Shown here in pieces: positions 39,420 through 49,480 of a DNA stretch of 64,000 nucleotides. The notes beneath the pieces are model-generated. The model did not search any database, was not told where the DNA came from, and saw nothing but the letters and a program-made list of their open reading frames with translations. Source of the stretch: an uncultured delta proteobacterium (lineage in GTDB: Bacteria; Myxococcota; Myxococcia; Myxococcales; Myxococcaceae); assembly GCA_963796055.1 (NCBI GenBank), contig CAWCKH010000003.1, positions 96,001 to 160,000 on the forward strand, in the 5' to 3' direction. The translations under genes were made by a program, and so were the position numbers. How positions within the stretch are numbered: position 1 is the stretch's first letter; each line of letters starts with the position of its first letter.

Positions 39420-40409
39420 ATGCCCTTCAACGTGCAGCAGGTCCGGGCCGCCATCGAGCAGGCCCAGGACAACGCCCTCGCCCAGCAGGGGCTGTCGGGC
39501 TCCAGGCAGTTCGCCCGTCCCTCGGTGGAGCACGTCTCGCTCGGCCGCGGACTGCGGGTGGTCATCCTCCTGGTGCTCTGGGCAGCAGGGAGCGTCGTCT
39601 CCTTCCTGCTCGGCCTCGGCGCCGGAGGGCTGCCCGCGGCGGGCATCACCCTTCCCTTCGGGGTCATCGTCTCCTTCTTCGTCGCGCTCTACCTGAGCCA
39701 CATCGTGCGGGTGGCGGCGCAGTGGGAGCGGGGAGTGCTGCTGCGGCTGGGAAAGTTCCACGGGCTCAAGGGCCCCGGGGTCATCCTGGTATTCCCGGTC
39801 CTGGACTCGGTCCGGTTCGTCGACACCCGGCTGCTCACGCTCGACATCCCGCACCAGCAGGTCATCACCCGGGACAACGTGCCGGTCCGCGTGGACGGGG
39901 TCATCTTCTTCCGGATCGGTGACCCCGAGCGGGCGGTCATCACCGTGCAGGACTACCGGTTCGCGGTCTCCCAGTACGCCCAGGCCTCGCTCCGCGACGT
40001 CATCGGGAGCATGACCCTGGACGAGCTGCTCAGCGAACGCGACAGGATCCAGTCGCAGATCGCCTCGGTGGTGGAGAGCCGGGCCTCCAGCTGGGGCACG
40101 CACATCGACTCCATCCGCCTGCTGGACATCGACATGCCCGAGGACCTGAAGCGCATGATGTCGCGTCAGGCGTCCGCCGAGCGCGAGAAGCGGGCCACCA
40201 TCACCAAGGCCGAGGGCGACCGCGACGCCGCGCTCAACCTCGCCGCCGCGGCGGCGACCATGGCGTCCAGCCCCGGGGCGATGCAGCTGCGGACCCTGCA
40301 GACGCTCGACGGTCTCGGCTCCTCGCCCTCCAACACCGTGGTGCTGGCGGTCCCGGTCGAGGTGCTCGAGCTGGCCCAGGTGCTGTCCAAGGGACGGACC
40401 GGGAGCTGA
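39420..40409 (+). CDS. SPFH/slipin (stomatin-like) membrane protein
   Basis: Two TM segments; QWERGVLLRLGK, ITRDNVPV, LRDVIG, QASAEREKRA, QLRTLQTL. Confidence 0.92.
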   Translation: MPFNVQQVRAAIEQAQDNALAQQGLSGSRQFARPSVEHVSLGRGLRVVILLVLWAAGSVVSFLLGLGAGGLPAAGITLPFGVIVSFFVALYLSHIVRVAAQWERGVLLRLGKFHGLKGPGVILVFPVLDSVRFVDTRLLTLDIPHQQVITRDNVPVRVDGVIFFRIGDPERAVITVQDYRFAVSQYAQASLRDVIGSMTLDELLSERDRIQSQIASVVESRASSWGTHIDSIRLLDIDMPEDLKRMMSRQASAEREKRATITKAEGDRDAALNLAAAAATMASSPGAMQLRTLQTLDGLGSSPSNTVVLAVPVEVLELAQVLSKGRTGS

Positions 40410-40483
40410 AAAGGCGAGGCCCCCGGGGATGCGCTCCCGGGGGCCACGTCCAGTCCGGAGGGGGTGACGTCCGGACCGGCAGA

Positions 40484-41173
40484 CTACGTCGGACAGCTCG
40501 GATTGCTCGGGTCGCAGAAGTAGCCGCCGTCGGGCGTGCCGGCATCGGGGTCCCCGCCCTGGCCGGCGTCGGAACCGGCGTCGCTGGGCGTGCCGGGCGC
40601 AGGGAGGGGAGCGGGAGCGCAGCTCGTCGGCTCCACGGCCTCGGTCTTCACCCGGATGACCGGACGGAGGATCCACTCCGGAATGGGGCCGCCGGTCTCG
40701 TGGTAGGCGATGGAGTTCTTCCCGTCGAAGTCGATGGTCAGCGTGTGCTTCGTGCAGGCGCTCACCGTGAACGGGCCCTTCAGCTTCTCGCCCGAGGTGG
40801 ATCCGCTCGGGGTCTTCAGCGGGGCGTGGGTGCCGTCGGCAAGCTCCACGTACTGTGTTCCATCGGGCTTGAGCTGCAGCCGGATCTCGCTCACCGTCCC
40901 TGCCGGTAGCGACACCTCGCCGAGCTGCATCGGGAAGTTCTGGAGCGCGAGCAGGTCGACGGTGATCTCATCGTCGCGGACGGTCACCCAGCCAGCCTGA
41001 TCCGAGTGAACGGTGACCTTGTCCACCGTGACGACGATGCCCTTGACCTCGGGCGAGGGCGCGTCGACCAGCTCGAGGGCCAGCGTGCCGTAGCCGGAGT
41101 TGCCCGCGCCACAGCCCGTCAGGGCCAGCGCGGCGGCGGCGGCAAACATCGAACGAAGGAAGCGAGAAGACAT
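40484..41173 (-). CDS. DUF4382-domain lipoprotein
   Basis: Lipobox LTGC; LELVDAP, VDLLAL, LKTPSG, IDFD..SI, LRPVI; GGGAGG RBS. Confidence 0.8.
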   Translation of the reverse strand: MSSRFLRSMFAAAAALALTGCGAGNSGYGTLALELVDAPSPEVKGIVVTVDKVTVHSDQAGWVTVRDDEITVDLLALQNFPMQLGEVSLPAGTVSEIRLQLKPDGTQYVELADGTHAPLKTPSGSTSGEKLKGPFTVSACTKHTLTIDFDGKNSIAYHETGGPIPEWILRPVIRVKTEAVEPTSCAPAPLPAPGTPSDAGSDAGQGGDPDAGTPDGGYFCDPSNPSCPT

Positions 41174-41227
41174 TCGGTCGAACCTCCCGAGGTGGGCCCG
41201 TGGTGGGCCGTGCGCGCCGGGGCCGTG

Positions 41228-41243
41228 TGCACTCCGCTTGCCA
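41228..41243 (-). promoter_or_regulatory. sigma54 (-24/-12) promoter for the DUF4382 gene
   Basis: TGGCAAGCGGAGTGCA (GG-N10-GC), 55 bp upstream of the ATG. Confidence 0.6.
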
Positions 41244-41380
41244 GCCAGGCCGCAAACCAGGATTTCCCGACCACCCTGAGCTCCGGACCGCGGACTTCCC
41301 AGAGGAAATGATGTGCGCCGGTGTCCCTCAACGAGCGCCATCCGCCGGTAGCCGCGCGGTGAGTGGGACTGCCCCTGCCG

Positions 41381-41417
41381 TGTACCGTTTGGTGCAGTGG
41401 CTGTCCCGGTTGGGACG
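41381..41417. promoter_or_regulatory. Tandem palindromic enhancer (UAS) sites
   Basis: TGTACCGTTTGGTGCA (41381) and TGTCCCGGTTGGGACG (41402), 21 bp apart, about 140-175 bp upstream of the sigma54 promoter. Confidence 0.5.
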
Positions 41418-41493
41418 GCCTGGAGCCGACGAACCCAGAAGCTCGTGAGGCGAGTGGTGGGCGGCACGACCGTTGCTGTAGGAACGCTCCAGG

Positions 41494-41898
41494 ATGTTCC
41501 GCTGCGCGCTGATGCTCGGACTGCTGCTGGCCTGGACGGCCGGCGCGGAGGAGCTCGCGCCGCACACCCGCGCTTTGCTGCACGAGGCGCTGGAAGCGAG
41601 ACTGGCGCTGCCCAGCGAGCCTCCGTCCCTGCAGCGGCCGGTCCTGCCATCCGCCCTGCCCGGCCCGGCGGCCGCCGCGACGCGGGAGTCCAACGCGGCC
41701 GCGACCCGGGCCGCGGACGCCGCCGTTGCAAACCAGGCTGCCCAGGATGTGGCCAACGGCAAGGGGAAGGCCAAGGACGCCAACGAATCCACCCGGAACG
41801 CCGCCGGCCAGGCTCGTGCGGCCGAGGCCCGGGCGACGGGTGGAGACGGCGCCACCCACGGGAACAAGGGCGGCAACGGCCACGGCAAGAAGCCGTAG
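41494..41898 (+). CDS. Secreted Ala-rich hypothetical protein
   Basis: Signal peptide; low-complexity Ala/Asn/Gly/Lys C-half ending GNGHGKKP. Confidence 0.7.
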   Translation: MFRCALMLGLLLAWTAGAEELAPHTRALLHEALEARLALPSEPPSLQRPVLPSALPGPAAAATRESNAAATRAADAAVANQAAQDVANGKGKAKDANESTRNAAGQARAAEARATGGDGATHGNKGGNGHGKKP

Positions 41899-41962
41899 CC
41901 CCGTTCCTCCGCCTCCGACTCGCCCGCCTGGTTGAGCGCGCAGCCGTCCGGGGCTGGACGAC

Positions 41963-42580
41963 GTGAGCCCCGGTGGCGTGGCGGTGCTCGCGCTGCTGCT
42001 CGCGGCGGAGCCCGGAACCCCTGCGTCGGAGCCGCACCTGGTCGCCGGGGCCGAGGCGTTCCGCGCGGAGTCGTACGCCAGGGCGCTGGTCGAATTTCGC
42101 GTGGCGGAGGCGCTCGGCTCCACCGAGGCCTCCTGGTACGCCGCCGCCTCTCTGCTGAAGCTCGGGCGGGCCGAGGACGCGGTCGAGGCGTTCGTCCTGG
42201 CCGAGCGAGGCAACCGGGCTGCCGCGGATGCGCTGCTCGAGGTCTACCGGGGGCAGGCCTGCTACGCCGCACGCCTGTACCTCTGCGCGGACCGCTGGTT
42301 CGCGTCCGCCGGAGCCCGGGCAGGCCCGCGGCTCGCGCCCCAGCTCGAGGCCCTGCGCGGCGCCATCCGCGACGCGCTCCAGCCGGCCCTGCTGGACCCG
42401 GCCATCGATCGCCTCCTGTCTCGGGTGACCGAGCTGGCAGGGACGCGCTCGGCGCTCGCCTCCGCCTACGCCGACGAGGCGACGGGGCTCGCCGCACGCT
42501 CTCCCACCCGGCACCGTCAGGCGGAGGCGACAGCGCTCTCCACCAGGCTCACTGCGCCGCCCGTGAGGGGGAGCCGATGA
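41963..42580 (+). CDS. Secreted TPR-like helical protein
   Basis: Signal-like N-terminus; TPR-like helices (A.F...Y..AL..F, A.SLLKLGR.EDA); stop overlaps the next ATG. Confidence 0.65.
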   Translation: MSPGGVAVLALLLAAEPGTPASEPHLVAGAEAFRAESYARALVEFRVAEALGSTEASWYAAASLLKLGRAEDAVEAFVLAERGNRAAADALLEVYRGQACYAARLYLCADRWFASAGARAGPRLAPQLEALRGAIRDALQPALLDPAIDRLLSRVTELAGTRSALASAYADEATGLAARSPTRHRQAEATALSTRLTAPPVRGSR

Positions 42581-43977
42581 CGGCGGTGCTCCTGCTCCTG
42601 CTCGCGGCGACCGACCCGTGCACGGCGCCAATCCCCTCCGGCGCGGGGAACCCGGCCGAGGCGGAGATTTACCTGCGCGTCGGCGATGCCGAGCGCGCCC
42701 GCGGGAACCTCGGGGCGGCCCGCGAGGCGTACCGCGCGGCGCTGACCCGCGCTCCCGGATCGGTGGAGGCACGGCGCGGCCTCGAGGCGACCTGCGCTCC
42801 GGCGGCGGACCCGTTCCAGGCAGCGGCGGACGCGCTCCAGGACGGCGACCCCGAACGGGCGCTCCGCGAGCTGGCCGCAGCGCGGGGGCGCGGGAACGAC
42901 CGGGCGGTCGACCTGCTCGAGGGCATCGCCCACTACCAGCTCGGCGAGGACGGCACCGCCGTCCCGCTCCTCGAGTCCGCCCGGACCGACCCGGCCCTCG
43001 CCGAGTCGGCCTCGTTCTTCCTCGGCCTCATCGCTCTTCGCCGCGGCGACGGGGACCGGGCCAGCCGCCTCTTCGATCAGGCGGGCCGGGCGCTGGGCCT
43101 CGAGGATGCCGCGCGCCAGCTCGCGCGCATGGGGCAGCAGGAGGGCCACCTGGTCCTCTCTGCGCTCGCCGAGGTGGTGTACGACACCAACGTCGCGCTC
43201 CGGCCCGACGGCGCGCCCACCACCCTCCCCGGGCCGGACGGAAGCGTCGGACTGACCCTGGCAGGGCTGCTCCGCCCATGGGGCACGCCCGGCCCGTACC
43301 TCCGGGTCGAGGGCCAGTTCTCCAAGCAATTCACCCTCAGCCAGCTGGACCTCCTCGGCGGGGCGGCGGCGCTGGGGCTGCGGCTGCTGGGGCCGACCGG
43401 CAGCCTCACCGGCGAATACGCCTACACCTACCAGGCGCTCGATGGCCGCGGGTACCTCGCTGACCACCGTCTCTTCCTGGGCGGATCCCTCCTGACCGGC
43501 ATGTTCCTCTGGGGCGCCGCGTACGCCGCGCACTTCGAGACCTACCGCTGGGAGGCACTGAGCGATCAGTCCGGGGTGCGGCAGGTGCTGGAGCTGGATG
43601 CGGGGCTCCTTCCGGGCGGGGGCGTCCGGCTCACCGCCGGCTACGCCGGGACCTGGGACGCAGCCCGGGTGGAAAACCTCTCCTACCTCGAGCACGGGCC
43701 CATCCTCGAGCTGGTCTGGGCGCGGGGTCCGTGGACACTCGGGGCGCGGGGAGCAATCGCCTGGCGGCCGTACCTGGCCCCGGACCCGGCCTACAACGGG
43801 GCGACCCGCGAGGACACCCGCTACGGCGCGACGACCTGGATCGACCTGGGTCTGGGCGCGCAGTGGTCGGTGCGTGGAACGGTGCGGCTGCTCCGGGTGG
43901 ACTCGAACGTCCCGGATCTGAACGCGACCGAGTGGGTCTTCATCGGGAGCATGGCCTGGACGGGGGCGGTGCTCTGA
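42577..43977 (+). CDS. TPR repeats plus a C-terminal outer-membrane beta-barrel-like domain
   Basis: TPRs (AREAYRAAL, GIAHYQLG, FFLGLIAL), then YDTNV and amphipathic beta strands. Confidence 0.75.
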   Translation: MTAVLLLLLAATDPCTAPIPSGAGNPAEAEIYLRVGDAERARGNLGAAREAYRAALTRAPGSVEARRGLEATCAPAADPFQAAADALQDGDPERALRELAAARGRGNDRAVDLLEGIAHYQLGEDGTAVPLLESARTDPALAESASFFLGLIALRRGDGDRASRLFDQAGRALGLEDAARQLARMGQQEGHLVLSALAEVVYDTNVALRPDGAPTTLPGPDGSVGLTLAGLLRPWGTPGPYLRVEGQFSKQFTLSQLDLLGGAAALGLRLLGPTGSLTGEYAYTYQALDGRGYLADHRLFLGGSLLTGMFLWGAAYAAHFETYRWEALSDQSGVRQVLELDAGLLPGGGVRLTAGYAGTWDAARVENLSYLEHGPILELVWARGPWTLGARGAIAWRPYLAPDPAYNGATREDTRYGATTWIDLGLGAQWSVRGTVRLLRVDSNVPDLNATEWVFIGSMAWTGAVL

Positions 43978-45227
43978 TGCGTCGCGCGCTGCTGCCAGTC
44001 GTGCTCGCGGTGCTCGGCCTCGCCGGCGCGGGCCTGGCTACCCTCAGCCTTCACCGGGCGGCCTCGAGCGCGCTCCAGCGGGCGACCGAGGAGCGCCTTC
44101 GCGGCGCCGGCGCCACCGCAGCCCGGACCCTGGAGCAGCCCGGGTTCCAGCCCGACGCCGGCTGGCTCCGCTCGGTGGTCGAGGCCAACGGGCTCGAGGG
44201 CGCGCTGCTGCTCGATGCGCGCCTCCACGTGGTGCTGGATCCGCTGGGGGCCGCCGACCGGCCGGTGGACCTGCTGCGGATCGACGCCGGGCGAGTCCGG
44301 CGCGCCCTGGCCGGTGAGCCCAGCCTCTCGCTGGGGTGGGCGATCGGCGAGGCCCGGGTGGCCTCTGCCTACCTCCCGGTGCGGCGTGCGGGAACGCTCG
44401 ACCGCGTCCTGGTGCTGGAAGGTGGAGAGGCCTACGCAGCCCGGCAGGCGGACCTCGACCGGGCGCTCCATCTTGGCTGGCTCCTGAGCGCCTGCGCCGC
44501 GGTGCTGACCGGGCTGGTGGCCGCGGGCTGGGCGGCGGCCGAGCGTCGACAGCGCGCGCTCGCCACCCGCGCGGCCCGGGGCGCCGCGGTGGCGCAGCTC
44601 GCGGCGACGGTGGCGCACGAGGTGCGCAACCCGCTGGGCGTCATCCGCGGCACGGTGGAGCTGATGGGCGAGCGCGGCCGCGGGCGATTCGCCGAGCGCG
44701 ACGCCGAGGCCCTGGAGGACATCCTCGGCGAGGTGGCGCGGCTCCGGAGGCTGACCGACGACTTCCTCGATCTCTCCAGCGACCGGCCGCTGGCCGGCGT
44801 CGATCTGGAAGTCGCCTCCTTCCTCGAGGAGGCCGCCCGCGCCGGCCGCGCCGCGACCGGCCTGGCCATCGAGGTCGACGCGCCGCCCGGGCTCCACGTC
44901 CGGGGTGACGGCGGGCGGCTCCGGCAGGTGTTCCTCAACCTGCTCGCCAACGCGGCGCGCGCGGGGGCGCACCGGGTACGGATCCAGACGGCGGCAGACG
45001 GGGCCCGGATCCACCTCCGGATTTCCGACGACGGACCCGGCATCCCCGAGGCGATCCGCCCACGGCTCTTCGAGCCCTTCGCCACCACCCGGCAGGACGG
45101 CAACGGGCTGGGGCTGGCGGTGAGCCGGCGCATCGTGGAGCGCCACGGGGGGAGCCTGGCGCTCCTGCCCGCCGGCCCGGGGGCGACCTTCCGCATCGAG
45201 CTGCCGCGCGCAGAGGAGAACGGCTGA
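43977..45227 (+). CDS. Sensor histidine kinase
   Basis: Two TM segments; H-box AHEVRNPL, N-box QVFLNLLANA, DDGPGI, FEPF, GNGLGL. Confidence 0.93.
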   Translation: MRRALLPVVLAVLGLAGAGLATLSLHRAASSALQRATEERLRGAGATAARTLEQPGFQPDAGWLRSVVEANGLEGALLLDARLHVVLDPLGAADRPVDLLRIDAGRVRRALAGEPSLSLGWAIGEARVASAYLPVRRAGTLDRVLVLEGGEAYAARQADLDRALHLGWLLSACAAVLTGLVAAGWAAAERRQRALATRAARGAAVAQLAATVAHEVRNPLGVIRGTVELMGERGRGRFAERDAEALEDILGEVARLRRLTDDFLDLSSDRPLAGVDLEVASFLEEAARAGRAATGLAIEVDAPPGLHVRGDGGRLRQVFLNLLANAARAGAHRVRIQTAADGARIHLRISDDGPGIPEAIRPRLFEPFATTRQDGNGLGLAVSRRIVERHGGSLALLPAGPGATFRIELPRAEENG

Positions 45228-46567
45228 TGGGTGACATCCTCGTGGTGGACGACGAGCCGAAGCTGGGGAAGCTGGTGGCGGAGATGCTCGAGCTGGACGG
45301 GCACCACGTCCAGCGGGTGGGGGGCGGCAAGGACGCGCTCTCGGCCATGGCCACCTTTTCGATGGACGTGGTGGTGACCGATCTCCGGATGCCGGAGGTG
45401 GATGGGCTGGCGGTGCTGGCCGCGGCGGTGAGGCAGATCGACCCGCCCGACGTGGTGCTGATGACCGGGCACGCGAGCACCGAGAGCGCGGTGGAGGCGA
45501 TGAAGCGCGGCGCGGCGGACTACCTCTCCAAGCCGTTCTCGATGGACGAGCTCCGGGTGCGGGTGAAGCGGCTCTGCGAGCAGCGCGTCCTGCGCCGGCG
45601 ATCCTCGGCGCTGGTGGAGCGGTTGACCCCATCCCTGATCGGGGACAGCCCGGCGATGGCCGCCACGCTCGAGGCGGCCATGCGTGTGGCGCCGACCGCG
45701 ACCACCGTCCTGCTCCTCGGCGAGAGCGGGACGGGCAAGAGCCAGATCGCCCGCCGCATCCACTACGCCAGCGCGGTCTCCACCGGGCCTCTGGTGGAGG
45801 TGCATTGCGCGGCGCTCCCGGAGGCACTGCTGGAGTCCGAGCTCTTCGGGCACGAGAAGGGGGCGTTCACCGGGGCGCAGCTGCGTCGCCTCGGCCACCT
45901 CGCTGCCGCCGAGGGAGGCACCCTGTTCCTAGACGAGATCGGGGAGATCACGGCCGCGACGCAGGTGAAGCTGCTCCGGTTCTTGCAGGACCGGGTGTAC
46001 GTTCCGCTGGGCAGCACCACGGAGCGGACGGCGAACGTGCGGGTCATCGCCGCCACCAACCGCGACCTCAAGGCGGCGGTCACCGCGGGCACCTTTCGCG
46101 AGGACCTGTACTACCGGCTGAACGTCTTCAGCATCGTGGTTCCGCCACTCAGGGAGCGTGCCGAGGACGTGCTCCCGCTGGCGATCCGCTTCCTCGCCTC
46201 GCGCGGCGTGCCGGAGGAGCGGCTGTCCGCCGGCGCGCGGGCGCGGCTCGAGCTGCATACCTGGCCGGGGAACGTCCGCGAGCTGGAGAACGCGCTGGAG
46301 CGGGCGCTGATCCTCGCCGGGGACGCACCCATCGGGCCCGAGCACCTGACGCTCGGAACGGCTCCCCGCAGCCGGAACGTCGTCGCGGACCTCCTGGTCC
46401 CCGGGTTCGACCTGGACGGCTTCGAGCGCGAGCTGATGCAGGCCGCGATGGAGCGGGCCGGCGGAAACAAGAGCGCCGCGGCCCGGCTGCTGGGCATCAC
46501 CCGACGGAGGCTCTACTCGCGCCTGGACAGCCTGGCGGCGCAGGAAGACGGCGAGAGCGAGGACTGA
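45227..46567 (+). CDS. sigma54-dependent response regulator (NtrC family)
   Basis: Receiver; GESGTGKS, ESELFGHEKGAFTGA, LFLDEIGE, WPGNVRELEN; Fis-type HTH. Confidence 0.96.
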   Translation: MGDILVVDDEPKLGKLVAEMLELDGHHVQRVGGGKDALSAMATFSMDVVVTDLRMPEVDGLAVLAAAVRQIDPPDVVLMTGHASTESAVEAMKRGAADYLSKPFSMDELRVRVKRLCEQRVLRRRSSALVERLTPSLIGDSPAMAATLEAAMRVAPTATTVLLLGESGTGKSQIARRIHYASAVSTGPLVEVHCAALPEALLESELFGHEKGAFTGAQLRRLGHLAAAEGGTLFLDEIGEITAATQVKLLRFLQDRVYVPLGSTTERTANVRVIAATNRDLKAAVTAGTFREDLYYRLNVFSIVVPPLRERAEDVLPLAIRFLASRGVPEERLSAGARARLELHTWPGNVRELENALERALILAGDAPIGPEHLTLGTAPRSRNVVADLLVPGFDLDGFERELMQAAMERAGGNKSAAARLLGITRRRLYSRLDSLAAQEDGESED

Positions 46568-46581
46568 GGGGAGCGGACAGA

Positions 46582-47058
46582 TCAGCCCGCCCGCCCGAGC
46601 AGCTCGTCCTTCCAGCGTTCCAGCAGGCGCTCCGAGCGGGGGCCGCTGGCATTGACCACCAGCGCCCGGGTGTCCTCGGCGGGCTCCTCGAGGAGGATCC
46701 GCAGGGCATCCGGCGGCGCGGCCCCGGGCACGCGGTCCACCCACTCCACCAGCGTGGCCCCCGGCCCGTCGCGCAGCTCGTGGAACCCGGTGCCGTCGAG
46801 GTCGGCCGGGCCGGTGAGCCGGTACAGGTCGGCGTGGGTGAGGACGATGCGACCGTGGTGCTGGTGCACGATGGAGAACGTCGGGCTGGTCACGTCCTCG
46901 TCGCGGAGGCCCACCCCTCGGGCGACGCCGCGCGCGAGCTCGGTCTTGCCCGCCCCCAGCTCGCCGACCAGACCGACGAAGTCACCGTCCTGCAACACCC
47001 GCCCGAGCGCCTCGCCCAGGGCGCGCGTCTCGGCCGGGGACGACGAGGAGAAGGTCAC
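46582..47058 (-). CDS. tsaE: tRNA threonylcarbamoyladenosine biosynthesis ATPase
   Basis: GELGAGKT, VTSPTFSIV, HADLYRL, LVEW; GTG overlaps the nnr stop. Confidence 0.93.
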   Translation of the reverse strand: MTFSSSSPAETRALGEALGRVLQDGDFVGLVGELGAGKTELARGVARGVGLRDEDVTSPTFSIVHQHHGRIVLTHADLYRLTGPADLDGTGFHELRDGPGATLVEWVDRVPGAAPPDALRILLEEPAEDTRALVVNASGPRSERLLERWKDELLGRAG

Positions 47059-48566
47059 CGTCCCCACGCGGTCCACACCTCGCCGAGCGCCGCCGTCAGG
47101 TCCGACGCGATGAGCCCCAGCCGTCCCCAGCGGCGTGCTGCCACATCTCCCGCCAGCCCGTGCGCGAGCACCCCCATGCTCGCCGCGTCGACGGGAGCGA
47201 GCCCCTGCGCGAGGAAGGCGCCGATCATCCCCGAGAGCACGTCCCCGGTCCCCCCGGTGGCCATTCCGGGATTGCCGGTGGGGTTGATGCGAGCCTGCCC
47301 TGCGGGGTCGGCGACCACGGTCCGCGCGCCCTTGAGCACCACCACCGCACGGTTCTCCCGGGCGAAGCCGGTGGCGGTGCCGAGGCGGTCCTCCTGGATC
47401 TCCCGGACGGACCTCCCGGCGAGGCGCGCCATCTCTCCGGGATGCGGGGTCAGGACCACGGGCGCACGGCGCCGCTGGAGGAGCTCGGCGTGCCCGGCGA
47501 TCGCGTTGAGCCCGTCGGCGTCGATGAGCACCGGAACCTCGAGGCGGAGGAGGAGCTCGCCGAGGAGCAGATGCGTGTCCGGACCGCGGGGAATGCCGGG
47601 TCCGATGACCAGCGCGTGCTTGCCCTCGGCGGCGGCCAGGAGCACGTCGAGGTGGGTGGGCCCCAGGACGGCGGCGGCGGGGAGCGCCACCCCCATCAGC
47701 TCGGGCGCGTGGCCCTGGACGTCCGACAGCGCGTCGGCGGGCGTGGCCACGGTGCACAGCCCGACGCCGCTCCGCAGGGCCGCGAGCCCGGCGAGCGCGG
47801 CTGCCCCGGTCTTCCCGCGACTCCCGGCGACGACCAGGAGGTGTCCGTAGGTGCCCTTGTTGGTGTCGGAGCGGCGCGGGGGGAGCCAACGCGGCCCGTC
47901 CGACGACTCGAGCAGCCAGGTGGAGGGCGTGAGCGCAGCGAGCCCGATGTCGACCACCTCGATGCATCCGGCCAGCGTGGCGCCGGGCTCGAGCGCCAGC
48001 CCGAGCTTCGGGGCGCCGAACGTGACGGTGAGGTCGGCGGCGACGCAGGGGTCAAACGCTCGCCCGGTGTCGCTCGAGAGTCCGGAAGGGAGGTCGACGG
48101 CAAGCACGCGGACGCCCTCGGCGTGCCAGCGGAGCATGGCCCGGATCGCGTCGGCGGCGTCGCCCTCCGGCGCGCGGGCGAGGCCGGTCCCGAACAGCGC
48201 GTCGATGACCACGTCACCCGGTCGGAGCGGCATCGCCGCCGCGGAGGAGTGAATGGGCACCCCACTCTGCTCGGCCGCCGCGTGGTTCCGGGCGGCATCC
48301 CCTTTCAGTCGAGCGGCGTCGCCCACCCGCCAGACGTCCACCTGGCGGCCCAGGGCACGGAGCTTTCGTGCCGCGACGTAGCCGTCCCCGCCGTTATTTC
48401 CCGGGCCGGCGGCGACCAGGAACCGGGCGCCCATCCCGGCGAGCTCCATCGCCGCGTCGGCGACGGCGGTCCCGGCGTTCTCCATCAGGATCGACGCCGG
48501 TAGACCACGGCGCTCGGCCTCGGCCTCGGCGGCGCGCGTCTCGGCGGCGGTCAGGAGCGGCTGCAT
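47055..48566 (-). CDS. nnr: NAD(P)H-hydrate epimerase/dehydratase
   Basis: LMENAG, GPGNNGGDG, DALFGTG, VDLPSG, NKGTYG, DADGLN, LTPHPGEM, GGTGDVLSG. Confidence 0.95.
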   Translation of the reverse strand: MQPLLTAAETRAAEAEAERRGLPASILMENAGTAVADAAMELAGMGARFLVAAGPGNNGGDGYVAARKLRALGRQVDVWRVGDAARLKGDAARNHAAAEQSGVPIHSSAAAMPLRPGDVVIDALFGTGLARAPEGDAADAIRAMLRWHAEGVRVLAVDLPSGLSSDTGRAFDPCVAADLTVTFGAPKLGLALEPGATLAGCIEVVDIGLAALTPSTWLLESSDGPRWLPPRRSDTNKGTYGHLLVVAGSRGKTGAAALAGLAALRSGVGLCTVATPADALSDVQGHAPELMGVALPAAAVLGPTHLDVLLAAAEGKHALVIGPGIPRGPDTHLLLGELLLRLEVPVLIDADGLNAIAGHAELLQRRRAPVVLTPHPGEMARLAGRSVREIQEDRLGTATGFARENRAVVVLKGARTVVADPAGQARINPTGNPGMATGGTGDVLSGMIGAFLAQGLAPVDAASMGVLAHGLAGDVAARRWGRLGLIASDLTAALGEVWTAWGR

Positions 48567-48679
48567 CTGACTCCGAGCGTGCAGCCGAAGCCGCGCAGCC
48601 GCAAGTTCAGTGGGGGTCGGCTGCGGCCCCAACTCGGGGTCGGGGGACCGATCCGGGTCCACCGGGCGCCGAATCCCTT

Positions 48680-49294
48680 CGTGAAGCAGGAGCGAACGAC
48701 TCTCAGCATTGCGATCGCCGATCCCTACGCCTCCACCCGCCACCTGCCGCTGAGGTCCATTGCCAGCGGGTTCGTCGTCGTGGACGAGGGGTCGACCAGC
48801 GGGACCTTCGTCGACGGACAGCGGCTTGCGCCGGGCGAGGAGCGTGCGGTGGAGGCCGGGATCCTCGAGGTTGGGTCACACCTTCTTTCACCTCCGCGCC
48901 GACGTCCGTGGCACGCGCGACCTCATCACCGCCCCGGGGGCTGGAGCGCGTCCGCTTCGAGCTCGACGCGCTGCGGATGGTGTTGCTCCATTCCTGGCCG
49001 CTCAACGTGCGTGAGCTGCGGCGAACGGTCCTCGCCGCAGTCGATCTCTCCGATCCGGAGGACGACGGGGCCGTGATCATCGGGCCCCGGCACCTTCCGG
49101 CGGCGCTGGAGCGCTCGGCGCCTGTTCCTGTCCCCGCACTCTCGGACCAGGACCGGGAGCTCCGGGATCGGCTGGTCGCGCTGCTCGCCCGGCACCGCGG
49201 CAACGTGGCCGCGGTGGCGCGTGACCTCGGGACGGCGCGCACCCGCGTCCAGCGACTCATGGCCCCCTTCCGGGTCCAGCGCCCGGGCGACTGA
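48680..49294 (+). pseudogene. Decayed FHA-domain sigma54 activator (AAA core deleted, frameshifted)
   Basis: FHA-like DPYASTRH..VVDEGSTSGTFVDG; frame shifts; then HSWPLNVREL and HTH HRGNVAAVARDLG; no Walker A or GAFTGA. Confidence 0.75.
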
Positions 49295-49404
49295 GCGGAC
49301 TCGCCTCGAAAGTGCCGGGGCGCCCGAGGGCGCCCGCCCGGCGCCCAGGCGCGGCGCTCGAGCGGTTCGCAGGGGTTTCCAGGGCTTTCTGCTTCCCGGC
49401 GCCT

Positions 49405-49420
49405 GGGCACGCACGTTGCT
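49405..49420 (+). promoter_or_regulatory. sigma54 (-24/-12) promoter for the di-heme oxidoreductase gene
   Basis: GGGCACGCACGTTGCT, close to the consensus TGGCACG-N4-TTGC. Confidence 0.6.
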
Positions 49421-49480
49421 CACGGACGCGGTCGAGCGTGCGCCCGAGCACCGAGGCGCGCGCGAACTCCTCGGGAGGAG

